Assembly (NCBI GenBank): GCA_964016885.1
Contig: OZ024759.1
Coordinates: 620,001 to 684,000 of the forward strand
Source of the DNA: Eledone cirrhosa
Lineage: Eukaryota
DNA: 64,000 nucleotides
Reading direction: 5' to 3'
The translations under genes were made by a program, and so were the position numbers. Positions 15,320-30,800 of the stretch are shown here, in pieces (position 1 is the first letter of the stretch; every line of letters starts with the position of its first letter). The notes beneath the pieces are model-generated. The model was not told the DNA's origin. It was given only the letters and a program-made list of their open reading frames with translations, and searched no databases.

Positions 15320-18300
15320 TCTATATTAGTAACATGACACAGTCTATATTAGTAACATGACACAGTCTATATTAGTAACATGACAAAGTCTATATTAGTA
15401 GCATGACAAAGTCTATATTAGTAACATGACACAGTCTATATTAGTAACATGACAAAGACTATATTAGTAACATGACAGTCTATATTAGTAACATGTCAAA
15501 GTCTATATTAGTAACATGACAGTCTATATTAGTAACATGACAGTCTATATTAGTAGCATGACAAAGTCTATATTAGTAACATGACAAAGTCTATATTAGT
15601 AACATGACACAGTCTATATTAGTAACATGACACAGTCTATATTAGTAACATGACAGTCTATATTAGTAGCATGACATAGTCTATATTAGTAACATGACAT
15701 GGTCTATATTAGTAGCATGACAAAGTCTATATTAGTAACATGACAAAGTCTATATTAGTAACATGACACAGTCTATATTAGTAACATGACAAAGTCTATA
15801 TTAGTAACATGACACAGTCTATATTAGTAGCATGACAAAGTCTATATTAGTAACATGACACAGTCTATATTAGTAACATGACACAGTCTATATTAGTAAC
15901 ATGACAAAGTCTATATTAGTAACATGACACAGTCTATATTACTAACATGACAAAGTCTATATTAGTAACATGACACAGTCTATATTAGTAACATGACAAA
16001 GTCTATATTAGTAACATGACACAGTCTATATTAGTAACATGACACAGTCTATATTAGTAACATGACGCAGTCTATATTAGTAACATGACAAAGTCTATAT
16101 TAGTAACATGACAAAGTCTATATTAGTAACAGGACAGTCTATATTAGTAACATGACAAAGTCTATATTAGTAACATGACACAGTCTATATTAGTAACATG
16201 ACAAAGTCTCTATTAGTAACATGACAAAGTCTATATTAGTAACATGACAGTCTATATTAGTAACATGACAAAGTCTCTATTAGTAACATGACAAAGTCTA
16301 TATTAGTAACATGACAGTCTATATTAGTAACATGACAAAGTCTATATTAGTAACATGACAGTCTATATTGTAACATGACACAGTCTATATTAGTAACATG
16401 ACACAGTCTATATTAGTAACATGACATAGTCTATATTAGTAACATGACAAAGTCTATATTAGTAACATGACAGTCTATATTGTAACATGACACAGTCTAT
16501 ATTAGTAACATGACACAGTCTATATTAGTAACATGACAGTCTATATTAGTAACATGACAAAGTCTATATTACTAACATGACAAAGTCTATATTAGTAACA
16601 TGACACAGTCTATATTAGTAACATGACAAAGTCTATATTAGTAACATGACACAGTCTATATTAGTAACATGACATAGTCTATATTAGTAACATGACAAAG
16701 TCTATATTAGTAGCATGACACAGTCTATATTAGTAACATGACACAGTCTATATTAGTAACATGACAGTCTATATTAGTAACATGACAAAGTCTATATTAG
16801 TAGCATGACAAAGTCTATATTAGTAACATGACACAGTCTATATTAGTAACATGAGAGTCTATATTAGTAACATGACACAGTCTATATTAGTAACATGACA
16901 CAGTCTATATTAGTAACATGACACAGTCTATATTAGTAACATGACAAAGTCTATATTAGTAGCATGACAAAGTCTATATTAGTAACATGACAAAGTCTAT
17001 ATTAGTAACATGACACAGTCTATATTAGTAACATGACAAAGTCTATATTAGTAACATGACAAAGTCTATATTAGTAACATGAAACAGTCTATATTAGTAA
17101 CATGACAAAGTCTATATTAGTAACATGACACTGTCTATATTAGTAACTTGACAAAGTCTATATTAGTAGCATGACAAAGTCTATATTAGTAGCATGACAA
17201 AGTCTATATTAGTAACATGACAAAGTCTATATTAGTAACATGACACAGTCTATATTAGTAACATGACAAAGACTATATTAGTAACATGGCACAGTCTATA
17301 TTAGTAACATGACAAAGTCTATATTAGTAACATGACAGTCTATATTAGTAACATGACAGTCTATATTAGTAGCATGACAAAGTCTATATTAGTAACATGA
17401 CAAAGTCATATTAGTAACATGACACAGTCTATATTAGTAACATGACAAAGGCTATATTAGTAACATGACACAGTCTATATTAGTAACATGACACAGTCTA
17501 TATTAGTAACATGACAAAGTCTATATTAGTAACATGACAAAGTCTATATTAGTAACATGACACAGTCTATATTAGTAACATGACACAGTCTATATTAGTA
17601 ACATGACATAGTCCATATTAGTAACATGACAAAGTCTATATTAGTAACATGACAGTCTATATTGTAACATGACACAGTCTATATTAGTAACATGACACAG
17701 TCTATATTAGTAACATGACAGTCTATATTAGTAACATGACAAAGTCTATATTAGTAACATGACAAAGTCTATATTAGTAACATGACAAAGTCTATATTAG
17801 TAACATGACAAAGTCTATATTAGTAACTTGACACAGTCTATATTAGTAACATGACATAGTCTATATTAGTAACATGACAAAGTCTATATTAGTAGCATGA
17901 CACAGTCTATATTAGTAACATGACACAGTCTATATTAGTAACATGACTGTCTATATTAGTAACATGACAAAGTCTATATTAGTAGCATGACAAAGTCTAT
18001 ATTAGTAACATGACAAAGTCTATATTAGTAACATGACACAGTCTATATTAGTAACATGACACAGTCTATATTAGTAACATGACAAAGTCTATATTAGTAG
18101 CATGACAAAGTCTATATTAGTAACATGACACAGTCTATATTAGTAACATGACAAAGACTATATTAGTAACATGACAGTCTATATTAGTAACATGTCAAAG
18201 TCTATATTAGTAACATGACAGTCTATATTAGTAACATGACAGTCTATATTAGTAGCATGACAAAGTCTATATTAGTAACATGACAAAGTCTATATTAGTA

Positions 18301-19720
18301 ACATGACACAGTCTATATTAGTAACATGACACAGTCTATATTAGTAACATGACAGTCTATATTAGTAGCATGACATAGTCTATATTAGTAACATGACATG
18401 GTCTATATTAGTAGCATGACAAAGTCTATATTAGTAACATGACAAAGTCTATATTAGTAACATGACACAGTCTATATTAGTAACATGACAAAGTCTATAT
18501 TAGTAACATGACACAGTCTATATTAGTAGCATGACAAAGTCTATATTAGTAACATGACACAGTCTATATTAGTAACATGACACAGTCTATATTAGTAACA
18601 TGACAAAGTCTATATTAGTAACATGACACAGTCTATATTACTAACATGACAAAGTCTATATTAGTAACATGACACAGTCTATATTAGTAACATGACAAAG
18701 TCTATATTAGTAACATGACACAGTCTATATTAGTAACATGACACAGTCTATATTAGTAACATGACGCAGTCTATATTAGTAACATGACAAAGTCTATATT
18801 AGTAACATGACAAAGTCTATATTAGTAACAGGACAGTCTATATTAGTAACATGACAAAGTCTATATTAGTAACATGACACAGTCTATATTAGTAACATGA
18901 CAAAGTCTCTATTAGTAACATGACAAAGTCTATATTAGTAACATGACAGTCTATATTAGTAACATGACAAAGTCTCTATTAGTAACATGACAAAGTCTAT
19001 ATTAGTAACATGACAGTCTATATTAGTAACATGACAAAGTCTATATTAGTAACATGACAGTCTATATTGTAACATGACACAGTCTATATTAGTAACATGA
19101 CACAGTCTATATTAGTAACATGACATAGTCTATATTAGTAACATGACAAAGTCTATATTAGTAACATGACAGTCTATATTGTAACATGACACAGTCTATA
19201 TTAGTAACATGACACAGTCTATATTAGTAACATGACAGTCTATATTAGTAACATGACAAAGTCTATATTACTAACATGACAAAGTCTATATTAGTAACAT
19301 GACACAGTCTATATTAGTAACATGACAAAGTCTATATTAGTAACATGACACAGTCTATATTAGTAACATGACATAGTCTATATTAGTAACATGACAAAGT
19401 CTATATTAGTAGCATGACACAGTCTATATTAGTAACATGACACAGTCTATATTAGTAACATGACAGTCTATATTAGTAACATGACAAAGTCTATATTAGT
19501 AGCATGACAAAGTCTATATTAGTAACATGACACAGTCTATATTAGTAACATGAGAGTCTATATTAGTAACATGACACAGTCTATATTAGTAACATGACAC
19601 AGTCTATATTAGTAACATGACACAGTCTATATTAGTAACATGACAAAGTCTATATTAGTAGCATGACAAAGTCTATATTAGTAACATGACAAAGTCTATA
19701 TTAGTAACATGACACAGTCT
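15320..19720. repeat. 2699-bp higher-order unit, ~1.6 copies
   Basis: 'gacaaagac' 15451/18150 and 'atgagag' 16851/19550 have offset 2699. Confidence 0.8.
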
Positions 19721-22700
19721 ATATTAGTAACATGACACAGTCTATATTAGTAACATGACACAGTCTATATTAGTAACATGACAAAGTCTATATTAGTAGC
19801 ATGACAAAGTCTATATTAGTAACATGACACAGTCTATATTAGTAACATGACACAGTCTATATTAGTAACATGACATAGTCTATATTAGTAACATGACAAA
19901 GTCTATATTAGTAACAAGACAGTCTATATTGTAACACGACACAGTCTATATTAGTAATATGACACAGTCTATATTAGAAACATGACAGTCTATATTAGTA
20001 ACATGACAAAGTCTATATTAGTAACATGACAAAGTCTATATTAGTAACATGACAAAGTCTATATTAGTAGCATGACACAGTCTATATTAGTAACATGACA
20101 CAGTCTATATTAGTAACATGACAGTCTATATTAGTAACATGACAAAGTCTATATTAGTAGCATGACAAAGTCTATATTAGTAACATGACACAGTCTATAT
20201 TAGTAACATGACAGTCTATATTAGTAACATGACACAGTCTATATTAGTAACATGACAAAGTCTATATTAGTAGCATGACAAAGTCTATATTAGTAACATG
20301 ACAGTCTATATTAGTAACATGACAAAGTCTATATTAGTAGCATGACAAAGTCTATATTAGTAGCATGACACAGTCTAAATTAGTAACATGACACAGTCTA
20401 TATTAGTAACATGACACAGTCTATATTAGTAACATGACAAAGTCTATATTAGTGGCATGACAAAGTCTATATTGGTAACATGACAAAGTCAATATTAGTA
20501 ACATGACACAGTCTATATTAGTAACATGACAATGTCTATATTAGTAACATGACAAAGTCTATATTAGTAACATGAAACAGTCTATATTTGTAACATGACA
20601 AAGTCTATATTAGTAACATGACACTGTCTATATTAGTAACTTGACAAAGTCTATATTAGTAACATGACACAGTCTATATTAGTAACATGACACAGTCTAT
20701 ATTAGTAACATGACAAAGTCTATATTAGTAGCATGACAAAGTCTATATTAGTAACATGACACAGTCTATATTAGTAACATGACAAAGACTATATTAGTAA
20801 CATGACAGTCTATATTAGTAACATGTCAAAGTCTATATTAGTAACATGACAGTCTATATTAGTAACATGACAAAGTCTCTATTAGTAACATGACAAAGTC
20901 TATATTAGTAACATGACAGTCTATATTAGTAACATGACAAAGTCTATATTAGTAACATGACAGTCTATATTGTAACATGACACAGTCTATATTAGTAACA
21001 TGACACAGTCTATATTAGTAACATGACATAGTCTATATTAGTAACATGACAAAGTCTATATTAGTAACATGACAGTCTATATTGTAACATGACACAGTCT
21101 ATATTAGTAACATGACACAGTCTATATTAGTAACATGACAGTCTATATTAGTAACATGACAAAGTCTATATTACTAACATGACAAAGTCTATATTAGTAA
21201 CATGACACAGTCTATATTAGTAACATGACAAAGTCTATATTAGTAACATGACACAGTCTATATTAGTAACATGACATAGTCTATATTAGTAACATGACAA
21301 AGTCTATATTAGTAGCATGACACAGTCTATATTAGTAACATGACACAGTCTATATTAGTAACATGACAGTCTATATTAGTAACATGACAAAGTCTATATT
21401 AGTAGCATGACAAAGTCTATATTAGTAACATGACACAGTCTATATTAGTAACATGAGAGTCTATATTAGTAACATGACACAGTCTATATTAGTAACATGA
21501 CACAGTCTATATTAGTAACATGACACAGTCTATATTAGTAACATGACAAAGTCTATATTAGTAGCATGACAAAGTCTATATTAGTAACATGACAAAGTCT
21601 ATATTAGTAACATGACACAGTCTATATTAGTAACATGACAAAGTCTATATTAGTAACATGACAAAGTCTATATTAGTAACATGAAACAGTCTATATTAGT
21701 AACATGACAAAGTCTATATTAGTAACATGACACTGTCTATATTAGTAACTTGACAAAGTCTATATTAGTAGCATGACAAAGTCTATATTAGTAGCATGAC
21801 AAAGTCTATATTAGTAACATGACAAAGTCTATATTAGTAACATGACACAGTCTATATTAGTAACATGACAAAGACTATATTAGTAACATGGCACAGTCTA
21901 TATTAGTAACATGACAAAGTCTATATTAGTAACATGACAGTCTATATTAGTAACATGACAGTCTATATTAGTAGCATGACAAAGTCTATATTAGTAACAT
22001 GACAAAGTCATATTAGTAACATGACACAGTCTATATTAGTAACATGACAAAGGCTATATTAGTAACATGACACAGTCTATATTAGTAACATGACACAGTC
22101 TATATTAGTAACATGACAAAGTCTATATTAGTAACATGACAAAGTCTATATTAGTAACATGACACAGTCTATATTAGTAACATGACACAGTCTATATTAG
22201 TAACATGACATAGTCCATATTAGTAACATGACAAAGTCTATATTAGTAACATGACAGTCTATATTGTAACATGACACAGTCTATATTAGTAACATGACAC
22301 AGTCTATATTAGTAACATGACAGTCTATATTAGTAACATGACAAAGTCTATATTAGTAACATGACAAAGTCTATATTAGTAACATGACAAAGTCTATATT
22401 AGTAACATGACAAAGTCTATATTAGTAACTTGACACAGTCTATATTAGTAACATGACATAGTCTATATTAGTAACATGACAAAGTCTATATTAGTAGCAT
22501 GACACAGTCTATATTAGTAACATGACACAGTCTATATTAGTAACATGACTGTCTATATTAGTAACATGACAAAGTCTATATTAGTAGCATGACAAAGTCT
22601 ATATTAGTAACATGACAAAGTCTATATTAGTAACATGACACAGTCTATATTAGTAACATGACACAGTCTATATTAGTAACATGACAAAGTCTATATTAGT

Positions 22701-25460
22701 AGCATGACAAAGTCTATATTAGTAACATGACACAGTCTATATTAGTAACATGACAAAGACTATATTAGTAACATGACAGTCTATATTAGTAACATGTCAA
22801 AGTCTATATTAGTAACATGACAGTCTATATTAGTAACATGACAGTCTATATTAGTAGCATGACAAAGTCTATATTAGTAACATGACAAAGTCTATATTAG
22901 TAACATGACACAGTCTATATTAGTAACATGACACAGTCTATATTAGTAACATGACAGTCTATATTAGTAGCATGACATAGTCTATATTAGTAACATGACA
23001 TGGTCTATATTAGTAGCATGACAAAGTCTATATTAGTAACATGACAAAGTCTATATTAGTAACATGACACAGTCTATATTAGTAACATGACAAAGTCTAT
23101 ATTAGTAACATGACACAGTCTATATTAGTAGCATGACAAAGTCTATATTAGTAACATGACACAGTCTATATTAGTAACATGACACAGTCTATATTAGTAA
23201 CATGACAAAGTCTATATTAGTAACATGACACAGTCTATATTACTAACATGACAAAGTCTATATTAGTAACATGACACAGTCTATATTAGTAACATGACAA
23301 AGTCTATATTAGTAACATGACACAGTCTATATTAGTAACATGACACAGTCTATATTAGTAACATGACGCAGTCTATATTAGTAACATGACAAAGTCTATA
23401 TTAGTAACATGACAAAGTCTATATTAGTAACAGGACAGTCTATATTAGTAACATGACAAAGTCTATATTAGTAACATGACACAGTCTATATTAGTAACAT
23501 GACAAAGTCTCTATTAGTAACATGACAAAGTCTATATTAGTAACATGACAGTCTATATTAGTAACATGACAAAGTCTCTATTAGTAACATGACAAAGTCT
23601 ATATTAGTAACATGACAGTCTATATTAGTAACATGACAAAGTCTATATTAGTAACATGACAGTCTATATTGTAACATGACACAGTCTATATTAGTAACAT
23701 GACACAGTCTATATTAGTAACATGACATAGTCTATATTAGTAACATGACAAAGTCTATATTAGTAACATGACAGTCTATATTGTAACATGACACAGTCTA
23801 TATTAGTAACATGACACAGTCTATATTAGTAACATGACAGTCTATATTAGTAACATGACAAAGTCTATATTACTAACATGACAAAGTCTATATTAGTAAC
23901 ATGACACAGTCTATATTAGTAACATGACAAAGTCTATATTAGTAACATGACACAGTCTATATTAGTAACATGACATAGTCTATATTAGTAACATGACAAA
24001 GTCTATATTAGTAGCATGACACAGTCTATATTAGTAACATGACACAGTCTATATTAGTAACATGACAGTCTATATTAGTAACATGACAAAGTCTATATTA
24101 GTAGCATGACAAAGTCTATATTAGTAACATGACACAGTCTATATTAGTAACATGAGAGTCTATATTAGTAACATGACACAGTCTATATTAGTAACATGAC
24201 ACAGTCTATATTAGTAACATGACACAGTCTATATTAGTAACATGACAAAGTCTATATTAGTAGCATGACAAAGTCTATATTAGTAACATGACAAAGTCTA
24301 TATTAGTAACATGACACAGTCTATATTAGTAACATGACACAGTCTATATTAGTAACATGACACAGTCTATATTAGTAACATGACAAAGTCTATATTAGTA
24401 GCATGACAAAGTCTATATTAGTAACATGACACAGTCTATATTAGTAACATGACACAGTCTATATTAGTAACATGACATAGTCTATATTAGTAACATGACA
24501 AAGTCTATATTAGTAACAAGACAGTCTATATTGTAACACGACACAGTCTATATTAGTAATATGACACAGTCTATATTAGAAACATGACAGTCTATATTAG
24601 TAACATGACAAAGTCTATATTAGTAACATGACAAAGTCTATATTAGTAACATGACAAAGTCTATATTAGTAGCATGACACAGTCTATATTAGTAACATGA
24701 CACAGTCTATATTAGTAACATGACAGTCTATATTAGTAACATGACAAAGTCTATATTAGTAGCATGACAAAGTCTATATTAGTAACATGACACAGTCTAT
24801 ATTAGTAACATGACAGTCTATATTAGTAACATGACACAGTCTATATTAGTAACATGACAAAGTCTATATTAGTAGCATGACAAAGTCTATATTAGTAACA
24901 TGACAGTCTATATTAGTAACATGACAAAGTCTATATTAGTAGCATGACAAAGTCTATATTAGTAGCATGACACAGTCTAAATTAGTAACATGACACAGTC
25001 TATATTAGTAACATGACACAGTCTATATTAGTAACATGACAAAGTCTATATTAGTGGCATGACAAAGTCTATATTGGTAACATGACAAAGTCAATATTAG
25101 TAACATGACACAGTCTATATTAGTAACATGACAATGTCTATATTAGTAACATGACAAAGTCTATATTAGTAACATGAAACAGTCTATATTTGTAACATGA
25201 CAAAGTCTATATTAGTAACATGACACTGTCTATATTAGTAACTTGACAAAGTCTATATTAGTAACATGACACAGTCTATATTAGTGACATGACACAGTCT
25301 ATATTAGTAACATGACAAAGTCTATATTAGTAGCATGACAAAGTCTATATTAGTAACATGACACAGTCTATATTAGTAACATGACAAAGACTATATTAGT
25401 AACATGACAGTCTATATTAGTAACATGTCAAAGTCTATATTAGTAACATGACAGTCTATA
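16240..25460. repeat. 4602-bp near-identical tandem segmental duplication (two copies)
   Basis: 'atgagag' 16851/21453 and 19550/24152, 'gtccat' 17611/22213 and 'gtggcat' 20452/25054 all have offset 4602. Confidence 0.85.
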
Positions 25461-27859
25461 TTAGTAACATGACAGTCTATATTAGTAGCATGACAAAGTC
25501 TATATTAGTAACATGACAAAGTCTATATTAGTAACATGACACAGTCTATATTAGTAACATGACACAGTCTATATTAGTAACATGACAGTCTATATTAGTA
25601 GCATGACAAAGTCTATATTAATAACATGACACAGTCTATATTAGTAACATGACATAGTCTATATTAGTAACATGACATGGTCTATATTAGTAGCATGACA
25701 AAGTCTATATTAGTAACATGACAAAGTCTATATTAGTAACATGACACAGTCTATATTAGTAACATGACAAAGTCTATATTAGTAACATGACACAGTCTAT
25801 ATTAGTAGCATGACAAAGTCTATATTAGTAACATGACACAGTCTATATTAGTAACATGACACAGTCTATATTAGTAACATGACAAAGTCTATATTAGTAA
25901 CATGACACAGTCTATATTACTAACATGACAAAGTCTATATTAGTAACATGACACAGTCTATATTAGTAACATGACAAAGTCTATATTAGTAACATGACAC
26001 AGTCTATATTAGTAACATGACACAGTCTATATTAGTAACATGACGCAGTCTATATTAGTAACATGACAAAGTCTATATTAGTAACATGACAAAGTCTATA
26101 TTAGTAACAGGACAGTCTATATTAGTAACATGACAAAGTCTATATTAGTAACATGACACAGTCTATATTAGTAACATGACAAAGTCTCTATTAGTAACAT
26201 GACAAAGTCTATATTAGTAACATGACAGTCTATATTAGTAACATGACAAAGTCTCTATTAGTAACATGACAAAGTCTATATTAGTAACATGACAGTCTAT
26301 ATTAGTAACATGACAAAGTCTATATTAGTAACATGACAGTCTATATTGTAACATGACACAGTCTATATTAGTAACATGACACAGTCTATATTAGTAACAT
26401 GACATAGTCTATATTAGTAACATGACAAAGTCTATATTAGTAACATGACAGTCTATATTGTAACATGACACAGTCTATATTAGTAACATGACACAGTCTA
26501 TATTAGTAAAATGACATAGTCTATATTAGTAACATGACAAAGTCTATATTAGTAACATGACACAGTCTATATTAGTAACATGACACAGTCTATATTAGTA
26601 ACATGACGCAGTCTATATTAGTAACATGACAAAGTCTATATTAGTAACATGACAAAGTCTATATTAGTAACAGGACAGTCTATATTAGTAACATGACAAA
26701 GTCTATATTAGTAACATGACACAGTCTATATTAGTAACATGACAAAGTCTCTATTAGTAACATGACAAAGTCTATATTAGTAACATGACAGTCTATATTA
26801 GTAACATGACAAAGTCTCTATTAGTAACATGACAAAGTCTATATTAGTAACATGACAGTCTATATTAGTAACATGACAAAGTCTATATTAGTAACATGAC
26901 AGTCTATATTGTAACATGACACAGTCTATATTAGTAACATGACACAGTCTATATTAGTAACATGACAAAGTCTATATTAGTAACATGACAGTCTATATTG
27001 TAACATGACACAGTCTATATTAGTAACATGACACAGTCTATATTAGTAAAATGACAGTCTATATTAGTAACATGACAAAGTCTATATTAGTAGCATGACA
27101 AAGTCTATATTAGTAACATGACACAGTCTATATTAGTAACATGACAGTCTATATTAGTAACATGACACAGTCTATAATAGTAGCATGACAAAGTCTATAT
27201 TAGTAACATGACACAGTCTATATTAGTAACATGACAATCTATATTAGTAACATGACACAGTCTATATTAGTAACATGACAAAGTCTATATTAGTAACATG
27301 ACAAAGTCTATATTAGTAACATGACACAGTCTATATTAGTAACATGACACAGTCTATATTAATAACATGACAAAGTCTATATTAGTAACATGACACAGTC
27401 TATATTAGTAACATGACATAGTCTATATTAGTAACGTGACACAGTCTATATTAGTAACATGACAAAGTCTATATTAGTAGCATGACAAAGTCTATATTAG
27501 TAACATGACAAAGTCTATATTAGTAACATGACACAGTCTATATTAGTAACATGACAAAGTCTATATTAGTAACATGACAAAGTCTATATTAGTAACATGA
27601 CAGTCTATATTAGTAACATGACAAAGTCTCTATTAGTAACATGACAAAGTCTATATAAGTAGCATGACAAAGTCTATATTAGTAACATGACAAAGTCAAT
27701 ATTAGTAACATGACACAGTCTATATTAGTAACATGACAATGTCTATATTAGTAACATGACAAAGTCTATATTAGTAACATGAAACAGTCTATATTAGTAA
27801 CATGACAAAGTCTATATTAGTAACATGACACTGTCTATATTAGTAACTTGACAAAGTCT

Positions 27860-30800
27860 ATATTAGTAACATGACACAGTCTATATTAGTAACATGACAC
27901 AGTCTATATTAGTAACATGACAAAGTCTATATTAGTAGCATGACAAAGTCTATATTAGTAACATGACACAGTCTATATTAGTAACATGACAAAGACTATA
28001 TTAGTAACATGACAGTCTATATTAGTAACATGTCAAAGTCTATATTAGTAACATGACAGTCTATATTAGTAACATGACAGTCTATATTAGTAGCATGACA
28101 AAGTCTATATTAGTAACATGACAAAGTCTATATTAGTAACATGACACAGTCTATATTAGTAACATGACACAGTCTATATTAGTAACATGACAGTCTATAT
28201 TAGTAGCATGACATAGTCTATATTAGTAACATGACATGGTCTATATTAGTAGCATGACAAAGTCTATATTAGTAACATGACAAAGTCTATATTAGTAACA
28301 TGACACAGTCTATATTAGTAACATGACAAAGTCTATATTAGTAACATGACACAGTCTATATTAGTAGCATGACAAAGTCTATATTAGTAACATGACACAG
28401 TCTATATTAGTAACATGACACAGTCTATATTAGTAACATGACAAAGTCTATATTAGTAACATGACACAGTCTATATTACTAACATGACAAAGTCTATATT
28501 AGTAACATGACACAGTCTATATTAGTAACATGACAAAGTCTATATTAGTAACATGACACAGTCTATATTAGTAACATGACACAGTCTATATTAGTAACAT
28601 GACGCAGTCTATATTAGTAACATGACAAAGTCTATATTAGTAACATGACAAAGTCTATATTAGTAACAGGACAGTCTATATTAGTAACATGACAAAGTCT
28701 ATATTAGTAACATGACACAGTCTATATTAGTAACATGACAAAGTCTCTATTAGTAACATGACAAAGTCTATATTAGTAACATGACAGTCTATATTAGTAA
28801 CATGACAAAGTCTCTATTAGTAACATGACAAAGTCTATATTAGTAACATGACAGTCTATATTAGTAACATGACAAAGTCTATATTAGTAACATGACAGTC
28901 TATATTGTAACATGACACAGTCTATATTAGTAACATGACACAGTCTATATTAGTAACATGACATAGTCTATATTAGTAACATGACAAAGTCTATATTAGT
29001 AACATGACAGTCTATATTGTAACATGACACAGTCTATATTAGTAACATGACACAGTCTATATTAGTAACATGACAGTCTATATTAGTAACATGACAAAGT
29101 CTATATTACTAACATGACAAAGTCTATATTAGTAACATGACACAGTCTATATTAGTAACATGACAAAGTCTATATTAGTAACATGACACAGTCTATATTA
29201 GTAACATGACATAGTCTATATTAGTAACATGACAAAGTCTATATTAGTAGCATGACACAGTCTATATTAGTAACATGACACAGTCTATATTAGTAACATG
29301 ACAGTCTATATTAGTAACATGACAAAGTCTATATTAGTAGCATGACAAAGTCTATATTAGTAACATGACACAGTCTATATTAGTAACATGAGAGTCTATA
29401 TTAGTAACATGACACAGTCTATATTAGTAACATGACACAGTCTATATTAGTAACATGACACAGTCTATATTAGTAACATGACAAAGTCTATATTAGTAGC
29501 ATGACAAAGTCTATATTAGTAACATGACAAAGTCTATATTAGTAACATGACACAGTCTATATTAGTAACATGACAAAGTCTATATTAGTAACATGACAAA
29601 GTCTATATTAGTAACATGAAACAGTCTATATTAGTAACATGACAAAGTCTATATTAGTAACATGACACTGTCTATATTAGTAACTTGACAAAGTCTATAT
29701 TAGTAGCATGACAAAGTCTATATTAGTAGCATGACAAAGTCTATATTAGTAACATGACAAAGTCTATATTAGTAACATGACACAGTCTATATTAGTAACA
29801 TGACAAAGACTATATTAGTAACATGGCACAGTCTATATTAGTAACATGACAAAGTCTATATTAGTAACATGACAGTCTATATTAGTAACATGACAGTCTA
29901 TATTAGTAGCATGACAAAGTCTATATTAGTAACATGACAAAGTCATATTAGTAACATGACACAGTCTATATTAGTAACATGACAAAGGCTATATTAGTAA
30001 CATGACACAGTCTATATTAGTAACATGACACAGTCTATATTAGTAACATGACAAAGTCTATATTAGTAACATGACAAAGTCTATATTAGTAACATGACAC
30101 AGTCTATATTAGTAACATGACACAGTCTATATTAGTAACATGACATAGTCTATATTAGTAACATGACAAAGTCTATATTAGTAACATGACAGTCTATATT
30201 GTAACATGACACAGTCTATATTAGTAACATGACACAGTCTATATTAGTAACATGACAGTCTATATTAGTAACATGACAAAGTCTATATTAGTAACATGAC
30301 AAAGTCTATATTAGTAACATGACAAAGTCTATATTAGTAACATGACAAAGTCTATATTAGTAACTTGACACAGTCTATATTAGTAACATGACATAGTCTA
30401 TATTAGTAACATGACAAAGTCTATATTAGTAGCATGACACAGTCTATATTAGTAACATGACACAGTCTATATTAGTAACATGACTGTCTATATTAGTAAC
30501 ATGACAAAGTCTATATTAGTAGCATGACAAAGTCTATATTAGTAACATGACAAAGTCTATATTAGTAACATGACACAGTCTATATTAGTAACATGACACA
30601 GTCTATATTAGTAACATGACAAAGTCTATATTAGTAGCATGACAAAGTCTATATTAGTAACATGACACAGTCTATATTAGTAACATGACAAAGACTATAT
30701 TAGTAACATGACAGTCTATATTAGTAACATGTCAAAGTCTATATTAGTAACATGACAGTCTATATTAGTAACATGACAGTCTATATTAGTAGCATGACAA

